Shown: piece after piece, positions 12,576 through 24,700 of the stretch
Position numbering within the stretch: the first letter of the stretch is position 1
Layout: every line of letters starts with the position of its first letter
Assembly: GCF_963921235.1 (NCBI RefSeq)
Contig: NC_086109.1
Coordinates: 868,001 to 932,000, forward strand
Source of the DNA: Mobula hypostoma
Lineage: Eukaryota
Reading direction: 5' to 3'
Length of the DNA: 64,000 nucleotides
Translations under genes and position numbers: made by a program
Notes under the pieces: generated by a model
The model's input: only the letters and a program-made list of their open reading frames with translations
The model's database searches: none
What the model was told of the DNA's origin: nothing

Positions 12576-13404
12576 ACAGAGTATAGGGAGTGTGTGAAAT
12601 GTTTGATATTCACAGACAGATTGACTCCATGTGCTTATATTTCCTAGTTCTGCTGCCTCGGGAGAATCAGCTCTTGACACACATTGCCCTCATTCCTCTG
12701 GGCTGAATCAGACTGCTGGAGGCGTTCACATCTCTCTCCAACCCTTCCTCACTACACAAGCCTTGAGCAGAGAATGAGAAGCATGAAGCATCAGCCCCTC
12801 ATTCCCGCTGCCCCATGCACTCAGACCACGGCTTCTCTTCCACCTCAGTGTTGTGTCCTCAGTTTCCGTGACAGCCAACAACCCAGCCCCCTCTTGCAGG
12901 GTAGTACTGAGGGGTAATGAGGGGACAGATGCAGAACCTGGGGAGGGTGTGGAAAGTGATTCCAAGATAGGGAGTGAGAAGCGGTGGAACTAAAAGTGCT
13001 GGGCTGGTCCTGTGGGAGCACAGAATGTGGAGAAGGTGGAGGGGGGTGTGGTGTAATAAGACCAGGGTTGTGGATGAGAATGCACTCTGGGGAGGGGTGT
13101 GAGGGGAACACAGTGTACATGGGGGTAAGGGGTGGATGGTGATGGTCTAGGAAAGCTGCTGGGGTGGGGGGCTCTCAAAGGGGACAGTGAACTGATGGCA
13201 TGACAGCCAGAACAGACCAGATGGGCCAAATGGCCTACATCAGACATTGGAGAGGCTGGTGACTGACAGTGAAGAGGTGTTGTCATCACAAGTATTCATA
13301 ATTAACTTAATGTTAAATGGCACCTAAATCTCAATACTCTGCTGAATTTTATCATCTCCTTTGATTAAGATAGACCAATTAAGCACCAGATGAGGCTCTT
13401 TCTG

Positions 13405-14095
13405 GCTCTCACTCCCTCATCCTCCCTCTCCCCAATCTCTCCCTTCCCTTCCTTTCCCCTACCCTCTCTCCCACTGTCTCACCCTCCATCTCCCCTCGTC
13501 CTCCCCCTCCCTCGTCCTCTCCCTTCCTCATCCTCTCCCTCTCCAACTCTCTTCTCCCTCCCCTCCCTTTCCCTCTCCCCTCCTCTCCCTCATCCTGCCT
13601 CTCCCCAATCTCTCTCCCACTCTCCCCCTTCCCTTCCTTTCCCCTACCCCCTCCCACTGTCTCCCCCTCGTCCTCTCCCTCTGTCTTCTCCCTCCCCTCC
13701 TCTCCCCCGTCCTCTCCCTCTCCCTCCCTCTCCTTCTCCAACTCTTTCTCCCTCCAACTCTTTCCTCCCTCCCTCCCTGACCCTCTGCCTCTCTCTCCTC
13801 CACCCTCTATCTCTCTCTCATCCTCTCTTTCTCCTCCCGTCTCCCCCTCACTCACCCTCCCCTCCTCTTTCCTACTCCCACTCTCCCCACTCCTACCTCT
13901 CATCTCCCCATTTCCCCTTCCCCCATTTCTCCTCCCTCTCCCATTTCTCCTCCCTCACCACCTCCCCTCCCTCCCCCTCTCCCTCCCCTCACCCTCCCCT
14001 CTCCTTGTCCCCCTCAACCCCTCTCCCCCACTCCCCCACCCCTACCCCTCTACCTTCCTCCCTCCCTCCCTCTCTCTCCAACTCCCTCTCAACCC
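13405..14095. repeat. C/T-rich low-complexity tract
   Basis: Near-pure pyrimidine on the plus strand. Confidence 0.9.
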
Positions 14096-14104
14096 ATGAG
14101 AGAT

Positions 14105-14960
14105 CATAAGACATAGGAGCAAAATTAGGCCATTAGGCCTATCAAGGCTGCTCCGCCATTCAATCATGGCTGATTCTTTCTCCCCTCCTCATTCCTATTC
14201 CCCAGCCTTCTCCCCATAACCATAGATGCCGTGTCCAATCAAGAACTTATCAAGCTCTGCCTTAAATACACCCATGTACCAGGCCTCCACAGCTGCCCGT
14301 GGTAACAAATTCACCAGCCTCTGACTGAAGAAATTTTTCTGCATCTCTATTTTAAATAGACAACCCTCTATCCTAAGGCTGTGTCCTCTTGTCCTAGACT
14401 CCCCCTTTATTGGAAACATCCTTTCCACATCTACTCTGTCTGGTCCTTTAAAAGTTTGAAAGCTTTCAGTGAGATCACCCCTCATTCTTCTAAATTCCAG
14501 CGAATACAGACCCAGAGTGATCAAAGTTCCTTGTATGATAACCCTTTTATTCCTGGAATCATCCTTGGGAACCTCATCTGAATTCTCTCCAATGGCAACA
14601 CATCTTTTCTTCAATAAGTAACCCAAACTGTTCAAGATACTAAAGGTGAGGCCTCAGCAGTGCCTTATAAAGCCTCAGCATCACATCCATGCTCTTGTAT
14701 TCTAGACCTCTTGAAATGAGTGCTAACATTGCATTTGCCTTCCTCACCACTGACTCAACCTGCAAGTTAACCTTTGGTGTATTCTGCACGAGGACTCCCA
14801 AGTCCTTTTGCATCTCAGGTTCTTGGATTTTCTTCCCTTTTAGAAAATAGTCTGCACATTTGTTTCTACTCCCAAAGTGCATGGCCATGCATTTTCCAAC
14901 ATTATATTTCATTTGCCATTCTCTTGGCCATTCTCTTAATCTGTCCAAGTCCTTTTGAAA
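14105..14960 (-). mobile_element. CR1 LINE 3' fragment
   Basis: QKDLDRLREW, LYKALLRPHL, LGLYSLEFRRMRGDL, plus a 3' tail. Confidence 0.9.
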
Positions 14961-14989
14961 TAACCAGAGAGGAGGTGATTTCACTCAGG

Positions 14990-17900
14990 TCCACTGCCTG
15001 AGTAGAAAAGGGAGCAGAGAGTCACGGCAGCATAATACAGTTTTGACCAGCAACCAATCCATGTTTGAGATTGATTAGCAAGGGCAAATTAAAGGAAGAC
15101 GGGGTAAGCACAGCGGCCGTCGTCTGAGTGGACAGAGTCAGACTGGTGATCTTGAGGCTTTAGCTCTTCAAGGCTTCAGTCAGAGGAAGTAATGAAAAGG
15201 AAAAGCTCCAGCTTAAGTTTTTTTTCCTTTCACTTTTTTACATATACTCAGCTAAGACAGTAGAGAGGCCAGGCAGGATAGTTGAATGCTCCTCTTGTGG
15301 GATGTAGGAAGGCAGGGAGACCTCCAGTGTCCCTGACCACTACAGCTACAAGAATTGCATCCAGCTGCAGCTTCTAGCAATCCTCATTAAAGAGTTGAAC
15401 CTGGAACTGGATGAACTATTGAACTGCATGATCATTTAGGAGGCTGAAAGGGTGATAGATTGGACCTATAGGGAGGTAGTTACACCCAAGGTACAGGACA
15501 CAGGAAACTGAATGACAGTCAGGAAGGGGGAAGGGATTGGGGAGTGAATTGCACAATACCCCCGTGGCCATCTCCCTCAACAACAGGTAAATTGCTTTGA
15601 ATAATTTTGGAGGGTGGGGGGGGGGGGGTTGACCTAACAGTCACAGTGGTCAGGTCTCTGGTACTGTGTCTCCCTCTGTGAGTCAGAGGGAAGGCCAGAG
15701 AGAGGCACGCTCTGATTTGTTTGTCAGGGGAATGGACAGGAGGTTCTATGGGCAAGAACAAGATTCCCGGACGGTTTGTTGCCTCCTGGGTGCCAGGTCC
15801 CGGGACATCTCGAATCGAGTCTTTAGTGGGAGGATGAACAGCCAGAGGTCGTGGTCCATGTAGGTACCAATGACAAAGGTAGGATGAGTGACAAGGTTCT
15901 GCATTGAGAGTTCTGGGAGTTAGGTGCTAAGTTAAAGGGCAGGGCCTCCTGGCCTTCCCTCTGGTCTCATATTGCTACCTGTGCCATGTACTAGAGAGGC
16001 TAGACCTAGGAAAATTATACAGTTTAATACGTGGCTAAGGTGTTGGTGTAGGAGAGAGAACACAAGATTTTTGGGTCAGTGGACTCTCTTACAGGGAAGA
16101 TAGGACCTGCTCAGAAGGGACAATTTGCACCTGAGGGGGACTAATATCCTAGTGGGAAGATTTGTTAATGCTACATGGTGGGGTTTAAACTAGAGTTGCA
16201 GGGGGATGGGAACCAGAGTGCCAGAACAGGTAATGAACAAGTTGTGGAGGCAGATGCTGGTAAGACCTCAGACATATTTAGGAGTCATAACGTTGAGCAT
16301 GGGACTAGTGACCTGAGCATTATTTTTCAATGTAAGGAATATCGTAGGAAAGGCGGATGAGCTCAGTGCATAGATCAACACTTGGAATTATGATGTTGTA
16401 GCCATTAGTGAGACTTGGTCAGGAGGGTCAGGACTGGCAGCTCAGAATTCCAGGGTTCCATTGTTTCAGACATGACAGAGCGGGAAGGATTAAAGGAGGA
16501 GAGGTGACATTACTAGTCAGGGAAAATGTCACAGCAAAGCTCCATCAGAACAGACTGGAAACCTCGACTAATGAGACGTTATAGGTGGAACTGAGAAATA
16601 AGAAAGGTATGACCATATTAATGATGCTATATTACACCACCCAACAGTCCTAGGAATTGAGAGGAATAACTCTGTAGAGATCGCAGGCTGTTGCAAGAAA
16701 TATAATGTTGTTAGAGTAGCTAATTTTAACTTTCCACATATTGACTGGGATTCAATACTGTAAAAGAACTAGATGGGACAGGAGTTGTCAATTCTGTTCA
16801 GGAAATTTTCCTTCATCAGTACGTAGATGTCCCAACGAGAGAGTGTGCAATACTGAACCTGTTATTAGGGAATGAGACAAGGGCAGGTGACAGAAGTTTG
16901 TGTAGGGGGACATTTGCATCCAATGACCACAATGCCATTAGTTTCAAAGTAAATATGCAAAGGTTGAGATTCTAAATTGGAGAAAGGCAAACTTTGATGA
17001 TATTAGAAATGATCTGGCAAGTGTGGATTGGGACAGGCTGTTTTCAGGCAAAGGTGAGTTTGGAAAGTGGAAGGAGCTCAAAAACTAAATTTTGAGAGTA
17101 CAAAGCTTGTATGTGCCTGTCAAAATAAAAGGCAAGGCTAATAAGTGTAGGGAAGCTTCATTTTCAAGAGATACTGAGGTCCTGGTTAAGAGAAAAAGGG
17201 AGGTGAATAAGAGGGATAGGCAAGTAGGAACAAATGAGGTGTTTATGGAGTGTAAGAAATGCAAGAGAACACACAGAAATCAGGAGGGCTAAAGGAAGGC
17301 ACAAAGTTGCTGTAGCAGACAAGGTGCAGAATCCCAGGGGATTCTACAAGTATGTTAAGAGCAAAAGGATTTAGAGACACAGTTGGTCCTCTAGAAGAAC
17401 AGATGTGTGGAACCAAAACAAATGGGGGAGATCTTAAATGCATACATTACATCTGTATTTACTTGGGAGACAGATACGGAGTCTATAGAAGCGAAGCAAA
17501 GCGGCATCAACTTCATAGACCCTGTACAGATTACAGAGGAGGAGGTGTTTGCTACACTGAGGGAAATCAGGGTGGATAAATCCCCAGGGCCCGACAACTT
17601 GCTCCCTTGGACCCTACAGGAGGCAAGTCAGAAATTGCCAGGGCCCTAGAAGAGATATATAAATCATCCTTAGCAACAGGAGAGGTACCAGAGGATTGTA
17701 GGATAGTCAGTGTTGTTCTGCTGTTTGAAAGAAGGCTCTAAACATTAAAAAGGAAATTATTGGCCTGTGAGTCTGATATCAGTTGTGGGAAAGATATTGT
17801 AAGGTATTCTAAGAAACCAGATATATAAGTATTTGGATAGACATGGAGTGATTAACGATTATCAGCATAGTTTTGTGCATGATAAGTCATATCTAACCAA

Positions 17901-19180
17901 CCTTAAAGAGTTTTTTGAGGAAGTTACCAGGAAAGTGGTTGAAGCAAAGGCAATAGATGTTGCCTCCATGGACTTTCACAAGGCATTTGACAATGCCATG
18001 TGTGCGAGTCTGGTCAGGAAGGATCAGTCGTTCAGCATTCAGGATGAGGCAGTAAATTGGATTAGACATCGGCTTTGTGGGAGAAGCCAGAGAGTGTAGT
18101 AGAGGGTTGCCTAGCAGACTGGAGGCCTGTGACTAGTGATGTACAACAGGGATCAGTGCTGGATCCTTTGTTGTTTATGACCTGGATGATAATGTGGTTA
18201 ACTGGATCAGCAAATTTGCGGATGACACCAAGATCGGGGGTGTAGTGGACAGTGAGGAAGCTAGAAAAAGGGCTTAAATATGGCAGATGGAATTTAATGC
18301 AAACAATTGCAAGGTAGGTCCTACACAGTGAACGATAGGGACTGAGCAGTATGGTAGAACAAAGGGGAGGGAGGGAACATCGACTCAGACTGTGAGAGTC
18401 CTGCGTTGGGCATTTTCATGCCTTACATGGTGCAGATTGGAAGTCTGTGTGGGGCGCCACTCCTCACACAGACACTAGAGCAATGTGCCTTGCTCAAGGA
18501 CAGAAAACACGCTGCCACAGCTGAGGCTTGAACTAGCGACCTTCAGATCACTAGACGATCGCCTTAACCACTTGGCCATGTGCCCAACACAAAGGGATCA
18601 AAGGGATCTGGGAATACAGGTCCAAAGTTCTTTGAATGTGGCATCACAGGTAGGTGGGGTCAGAAATAAAGCTCTTGGCACATTGGCCTTCATAAATTAA
18701 TGTATTGATGAGCACAGAAGATGGGATGTTATGTTGAAGTTGTGACAGACGTTGGTGAGGCCTAATTTCGAGTATTGTGCACAGTTTTGGTCACCTACCT
18801 ACAGGAAACAAGGTTGAAAGAGTGCAGAGAAAATTTACAAGGATGTTGCCAGGACTGGAGGACCTGAGTTATAAGGAAAGATTGAATAGGTTAGGACTGT
18901 ATTCTTTAGAACATGGAAGATTGAGACGAGATTTGATACAGGCATACAATATTAAGAGGGATTTAGATAGGGTAAATGCATGTAGGCTATTTCCACAGAG
19001 GCTGGTTGGGACTACAACTGGAGTCATGGCTTAAGAGAGAAAGGTGAAAACTTCAAGGGAAACATGAGGGGAAACATCTTTACTCAGAGGATTGTGAAAG
19101 TGTGGAATGAGCTGCCAGCACAAATGGTGCATGTGAGCTTGACTTGAACACTCAAGAGAAATTTAGATAGGTATATGGAT
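14990..19180 (+). mobile_element. Near full-length decayed CR1 LINE (5' UTR, ORF1 esterase-type, ORF2 APE-RT)
   Basis: ORF1 remnants (VRGMDRRFYG, VCCLLGA), endonuclease region, DKSPGPD, MDFHKAFD, FADDTK, RLNRLGLYSLE; many stops; interrupted by a SINE at 18366-18585. Confidence 0.9.
18366..18585 (-). mobile_element. tRNA-derived SINE with (CCCT)n tail, inserted in CR1
   Basis: Minus strand starts GGGCACATGGCCAAGTGGTTAAGG...GTTCAAGCC (A and B boxes); flanked by duplicated caaaggg-type CR1 sequence. Confidence 0.75.
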
Positions 19181-21983
19181 TTGGTTTTCATGGATTTTGG
19201 CATGGATTAGGTGGTACAGCCATTTCCTGTTGCTGCACTTCTCTGTGACTCCCTTGCCCTCTCTACCCCCTGTCTCCCCTTCTCCCCCTTCCCCTTCTCC
19301 CCCCTCCCTCTCCCTCCTCCTCCACTCTCCCTCGCTCCTTCTCCATCTCAATCTCCCTCTCCTCCATTCTCCCTTCCTCTCCCCTCCTCCCCTTTCCCTC
19401 ACCCCTTTTTCCTCTCTATGTTCTCTCCCTCTCCCTCCCCTTCCCCTTTTCCACATCCTCATTCTCTCCCCTCTCTCCCCTTTCCTTGCTCTGTCTCCCC
19501 TCTGTCTTTCTCCCTCTCCCTTTCTCTCATCCTCTGTCTCTCCCTTTCTTTCCAGCTCTGACAAAGTGCTGCAGGAACTGAGTGGTTCAGGCAACATCTA
19601 AGGAGGAAAATGAATAGTCAGCATTTCAGCTAAAAATCTCTCCCTCCCTTTCTCCCCTTCTCTTACCCACCCCTCTAGATAGATAGATATACTTTATTGA
19701 TCCCAAGGGAAATTGGGTTTCGTTACAGCCGCACCAACCAAGATTAGAGCTCTCTGTCATTCTTCCCTCTTTCTCTCTCCACATGGCCCCCTATCATTCT
19801 CCCCGCAAGACCCTGCCCCAGATTCACTCCACAGAGGGACCCTGAAATCCAAACTAACCGTGTTGTGGGAGCACCATCTTGTTGGGAGGGGTGAAGAGAG
19901 AGGGTTGATGAACAAGGCTGGTGAGGGAGGGGCAATCACTATCTGTCTGGGGAGATAGAACTAAGGGAAGTCTGTAATTTTAACTCTCCCAGTCTCTCTC
20001 TCTCTCCCCCCTCTACCTCCCCTGCTCTCCCTCTCTCTCTCTCTCTCTCTTTCTCTCTATCTCAGGAAACACTGACTCCTGACATTACTCCACCCCAGGC
20101 CTCTGCCCCACACCGAGGCTCAGTGCGTAAAGTGCGGTGAGCTTTGCCTGGGGGCTGGATCTACTGGTCAACCCACACAATCTGTTTCACAGGGCAGATC
20201 CAATTTAAGGAGAATGGGCAAGGAGTTAAAGTCAGTGAATGTGCCTCTACCTCCACAAGCTCCCTGCTTTCTGAGGCAGTAAACTATCCGCCCATGCCCA
20301 GCTCTCCCTCTTCTCTCCTGCCTCTCGTCCAGATCTCCCTCCCTTCTCCTGCCTCTCATGATTCCCAGAGAATGGAATGTGCAGAATTTCCTGCCAGGCT
20401 CCTCCTCTGCCTGCCGGTAACCCAGGGCAACCCTGGCCTCTCTCAGAGCAGGCCGAGGACAGCAGGGTGAAGTATTGGTGGGGCAGAGGTTCAGATGGGA
20501 GTTGGAGGCTGGGGTGGTCACAATCCACAGGAGCCCGCACCCTTTCATTATACATCCTCGTACCTCATCTCTATTTGCTGGGTCTCTGATTCATTCTCTC
20601 CATTTTTGACAGTACTGTTACTGCCTTGCCCAGTTTACCACCCTCTTGCCATATCTTTCTCCTCACCTCTGTTTCTATCTCTTTCTCCTTCCCCTTGTTC
20701 TTACCCTGATTCCTCCTTTTCTCTCTCCTGCTTCCCCCTTCCTCTCTGCACCCTCTTTCCCCATGACCCCTCCCTCTCTGCCCCTTCCCTCTCTTCTCCC
20801 TCTGCTTACACAGTTGCTCTTTCTGTTCTATCTTCTCCCTCTCTCTCTCATCTCTCCCTCTCCCACTCTCTCTCTCTCCCCGTTTATGCCACACCATTGC
20901 TCTCCACTATTGACAAGCCATGCCACTTTCATCTCACTACTCTTTGAAGGCCCTCATTGTTCAATTAGTCAGGATATCCAGGCAACACAAATGGAAGACG
21001 GTTCCTGATCCCCAAAGCCATGAGGGCTGAAGGACTGGGCTAGGAACATGGCTGACTGGAAGGGGAAGGCACACGCAGAAGGCAGGTAACATGGTGAACT
21101 TAGTACACAGTAGCCACTCGTGCTTAGCTGAAGCATCGAAGACAAGACCAGGAAATGAAGCTGAGAGCAGGGTCTGTTACTGTCCCTGACTGGGGTTTCT
21201 GCAAAAGATAGGGAGGGGTGCAGAAACACATTGTGCAAGAGATCAGGTTTAAACTTGAGTCTCTGGAGCCGTGACATAGAGGCTCTACACACTACTTCTC
21301 TGGGTCGCAGACTTATCTTCCAAAGAACTGGAAAATCAAAGCAAAATTAAATATGCATTTGGCTTATTTTGTACTTCCTTCAAAAGTGACAGGCCATTCT
21401 CCACATTGCCTCTCTGTGTCTGTCTAAATCTCTCTGACACCTCCCCTGGCAGTGTGTCCCACATATCAACTCCTCTGTGTAAAATAACTTCCCCTTTCAA
21501 TCTCCTTCCTGTCATCATAAATCTCTGCCCTCCCGTTTTTGATATCTCTATGATGGGGAAGAGATTATATTGGCTATACCTGCACCTCTTACATAATTCA
21601 CCATACTGGTGAATCTCCTCTGCATAGTCCCCAGTGCAACCACATTCGTCCTCTCACAAGTCTTCCAAGGGCAGCCTAATCAGTGTTCTGTACCACTGAA
21701 ACATAACATCCCCACATTTGTATTCCATGCCCAACTTGTGAAATCAGAAACCCCTACTATGGACCCATGTTGCCACTCTCAGTTTATCAACCTTCCTTGG
21801 AGCCCTACTATTTACTCTACATGTCTTACTCCTATCTCACTTCCCAAAATGTATCACCTCACACCTGTCTGACAACTTTCTATTGAATTTATATCCCACT
21901 GTAGTCTTAGCAACCTTCCTTCCTATTCTCAATACTGCCAACTTTCATGTCATGCACAAAATTACAAATAATTCCTCTACATT

Positions 21984-22200
21984 CACAAACACAAGAGGTT
22001 CTGCAGATGCAGAAATCCAGAGTAATACACTCAAAATCCTTCAGGAACTCAGCAGGTCAGGCAGCATCTATAGAAATGGATAAAGAGTCAATGGTTTGGG
22101 CAGAGATCCTTCATCAGACCTCAACCCAAAACATCAACTCTTTATTCCTTTCCATAAATCCTGCCGGACCTGCTGAGTTCCTCCAGCATTTCACTGTGTT
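21984..22200. mobile_element. Penelope pLTR-derived fold-back mini-element (degenerate)
   Basis: Inverted arms aggaactcagcaggtc / gacctgctgagttcct, a collapsed hammerhead-like centre, and cacattca-like flanking duplication. Confidence 0.7.
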
Positions 22201-22499
22201 ATCCCACATTCATATTCAAGTTGTTGATGTGACATAGAGCAACCAACAGTGAAGGTTCCAGTACCAATCTCTACAGTATACCATCAGTCCCTGCATGCAA
22301 CGACCCTCTGCCACTCTTCATCAGGCAACCCTTAGATGCTATGTGCCGTGATCTTCTGAAGCAGCCTTCCATGCCATGCAGCACTTGTCAAATATTTTAC
22401 TAAAGTCCATAGAGATATCTCCTATCACAGCTGAAAGACAGGGAGAGGCAAACACCACCAGTCTACAAATTATGACATCAAACATCAATTCAAGCTTCT

Positions 22500-22905
22500 C
22501 ATCACACGGGTCAGACCCAGAGTGCAGCTCCCTCTGCACTGTCCCATCACACACTCCCAGGACACGGGTCAGACCCAGAGTGCAGCTCCCTCTACACTGT
22601 CCCATCACACACTCCCAGGACACGGGTCAGACCCAGAGTGCAGCTCCCTCTGCACTGTCCCATCACACACTCCCAGGACACGGGTCAGACCCAGAGTGAA
22701 GCTCCCTCTACACTGTCCCATACACTCCCAGGGCACAAGTCGGACCCAAAGTGAAGTTCCCTCTAAAATGTCCCATCACGCACTCCCAGGGCATGGGTTA
22801 GACATAGAGCGAAGCTCCCTCCAAACTCTCCTAGGACACAGTTCAGAGTAAAGCTCCCTCTATGCTGTCCCATTACACACTCCCAGAACATGAGTTAGAT
22901 ATAGT
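22500..22905. repeat. 58-bp tandem repeat, about 7 copies (same family as 115-450)
   Basis: Near-perfect unit cacgggtcagacccagagtgcagctccctctgcactgtcccatcacacactcccagga three times, then degenerate copies. Confidence 0.92.
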
Positions 22906-23563
22906 GATCACAGGAACACTGTAAACTGGGAGAGGTAGTAATGAGGGAGCACCAGAGGGTGGGTAAAATGCTGAGGAAGCTCCTAAGCCCAGCTGAAAAT
23001 TTGAGGGAGAGCCTGGCAGGAAGAGGGAGCTCCAGATTGCCACTGTTCTCTTTTTAGACTGGTGGTTTACTGATCTCCTCAAAGATCCCCAAAACTCTCA
23101 TGGCAAAGGGGTGGTCTCCCCAATCCATTGTAAAATTGTTCACCATGTTGACTGAAACACATGACCGCGGCCTTGTTCTCATCTCTGCGGAGGAATCTTG
23201 TTATGCACGCAGTTGCATTTATACATTCAAACAGAGCCTACATTCCATGAAGGCTCTTGTCAGTATTGAAGTATTTTTGGGATGTTGTGGGGCAATTCAA
23301 GGGGCTACATCAATTTCATAAGTCCTTTTCCCGGGTGAAGGGTTAATTCCCTATCCACTCCAAGGGCAGTAAATGCTGGGAGAACAGAAGTCAGAGACTG
23401 ATCAGAAAATGTGCAGAGATGGGGATGGGGGTGGCAGTAAGTGAGAAAGAGAGGAGGGAGAGAGAGATAGAGGGGAGAGAGAGGGAGAGAGAGAGCATGA
23501 GAAAAGGGGAGAGAAACAAAGTGACAGAATGAAAAGGAAAGGGAGAGAGAGAGTGAAAGAGAG

Positions 23564-23611
<48 letters not shown>

Positions 23612-23794
23612 GAAGCAGTAACTGGAGAAAGTGCCAGAGAGAGTTCAGTAAGGACTGGAAAGAGGGAGGGACAGGGAATGTGATGGTGGGATGGAGAGAG
23701 TGGAACCCAATGACAGCCAGAAGCATGGGGACTGAAAGTAGATGAAGACTGGGGTGGGGAGAAGGAGTTAGAAAGTTGGTTTCCTTCTTCCTAC

Positions 23795-23843
23795 CTGCAG
23801 TGGTGGTTCCGAAGCAGAGGATCCAAATCACAGAGCGAAACAT
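23795..23843 (-). CDS. KIRREL1: KIRREL/NEPH1-type gene, first coding exon (signal peptide)
   Basis: ATG at 23843 gives MFRSVIWILCFGTTTA plus G, then donor gcag|GTAGGA (23794). Phase 1 joins the 482-631 exon in frame (G+TG=Val). The hydrophobic leader resembles the KIRREL1 N-terminus (MLSLLVWIL...) as recalled. Confidence 0.8.
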
Positions 23844-24700
23844 TTCTTGTTACAATCCTCAGTTGGGTGGGTGGGGAAGGGAGTGGTGGGGATGGGGGTT
23901 GGGGTTGGGTATGAGGGTAGGGAGGGTAGAAGAGGGGGAGGTAGACAGAGAGCAAGAAAGAAAGCAAGACGGAATGTTCCTGGCAGGAAGTGCTGGAATT
24001 TCAGGCAGTCTCCAGGAAAATGAGACTGAGAGAAGGGAAAAAAAAGTAATTTTTTTGGGGGGGATTAGCAGGGGATGGGAGGACTGTGCCACTGTGGACA
24101 GAGAGAAGGGGTGTGATGCAGTGAAGTTATCTGGTCCCGCACAAAAGCTTCTTTTCTCTCTCACTCAGTCACCACCCCCTTCTCAGTTCCTCACACTCCT
24201 CTCCCCCACCCCCACAGACCTCGCTCCCCAGCCCCTGCGAGAGGGAGGGGTGAGGTTTATGTCTGCAACTGCGGGGTAGTTTAATTCACAGTCTTTGTGG
24301 GGCATGAGGGCAGAAGGAGATTGTTTACTTGGCTTTGATTTACAACCCCTTTCCCCAACCCCCCACCCCCACTCTTCCCGCTCTAATCGTGCTGATGTGG
24401 AATGTGAGTGGATTCAGCAGAGATCCAGTCCCAGCCCGTCACAGAGAGCGAGAGAGAAAGACACACGCAGGCTGAATCTGACCACAGAAACAGAGAGAGG
24501 AGGGGAGCCACAGAGGGACAGAGGGGCGATAGGGTGAGATAAGGAGGGAAGTGGGAGGAGGGACATGACAAAAGTGAGAGTGAGAGGTGTGTTGTGGGGG
24601 TGTTCGGGGAGAGGGAGAGAGCAGGAGATAGAGAAAACAACAGACACACACACGCACGATTAATTGACTTTCCGTTTCTGAGAAAGAAACAGAGATGGAG
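23844..24700 (-). promoter_or_regulatory. Probable 5' UTR/proximal promoter of the KIRREL gene
   Basis: Largely TE-free sequence directly upstream of the signal-peptide ATG, bounded by a purine tract and then solid repeats. The TSS cannot be determined from sequence. Confidence 0.45.

Noticed and set aside
9650..12613. 987-aa and overlapping 608-aa P/S/L-rich ORFs
   Set aside because: Translation of a C/T-rich low-complexity and minisatellite strand that lacks stop codons by composition
22500..22905. Regular repeats resembling a CRISPR array
   Set aside because: Head-to-tail units without unique spacers, eukaryotic context, no cas genes
23391..23794. Continuation of the 150-aa ORF beginning MFRSVIWIL
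   Set aside because: Read-through past a good splice donor into a CT microsatellite; only the first 49 nt are considered coding
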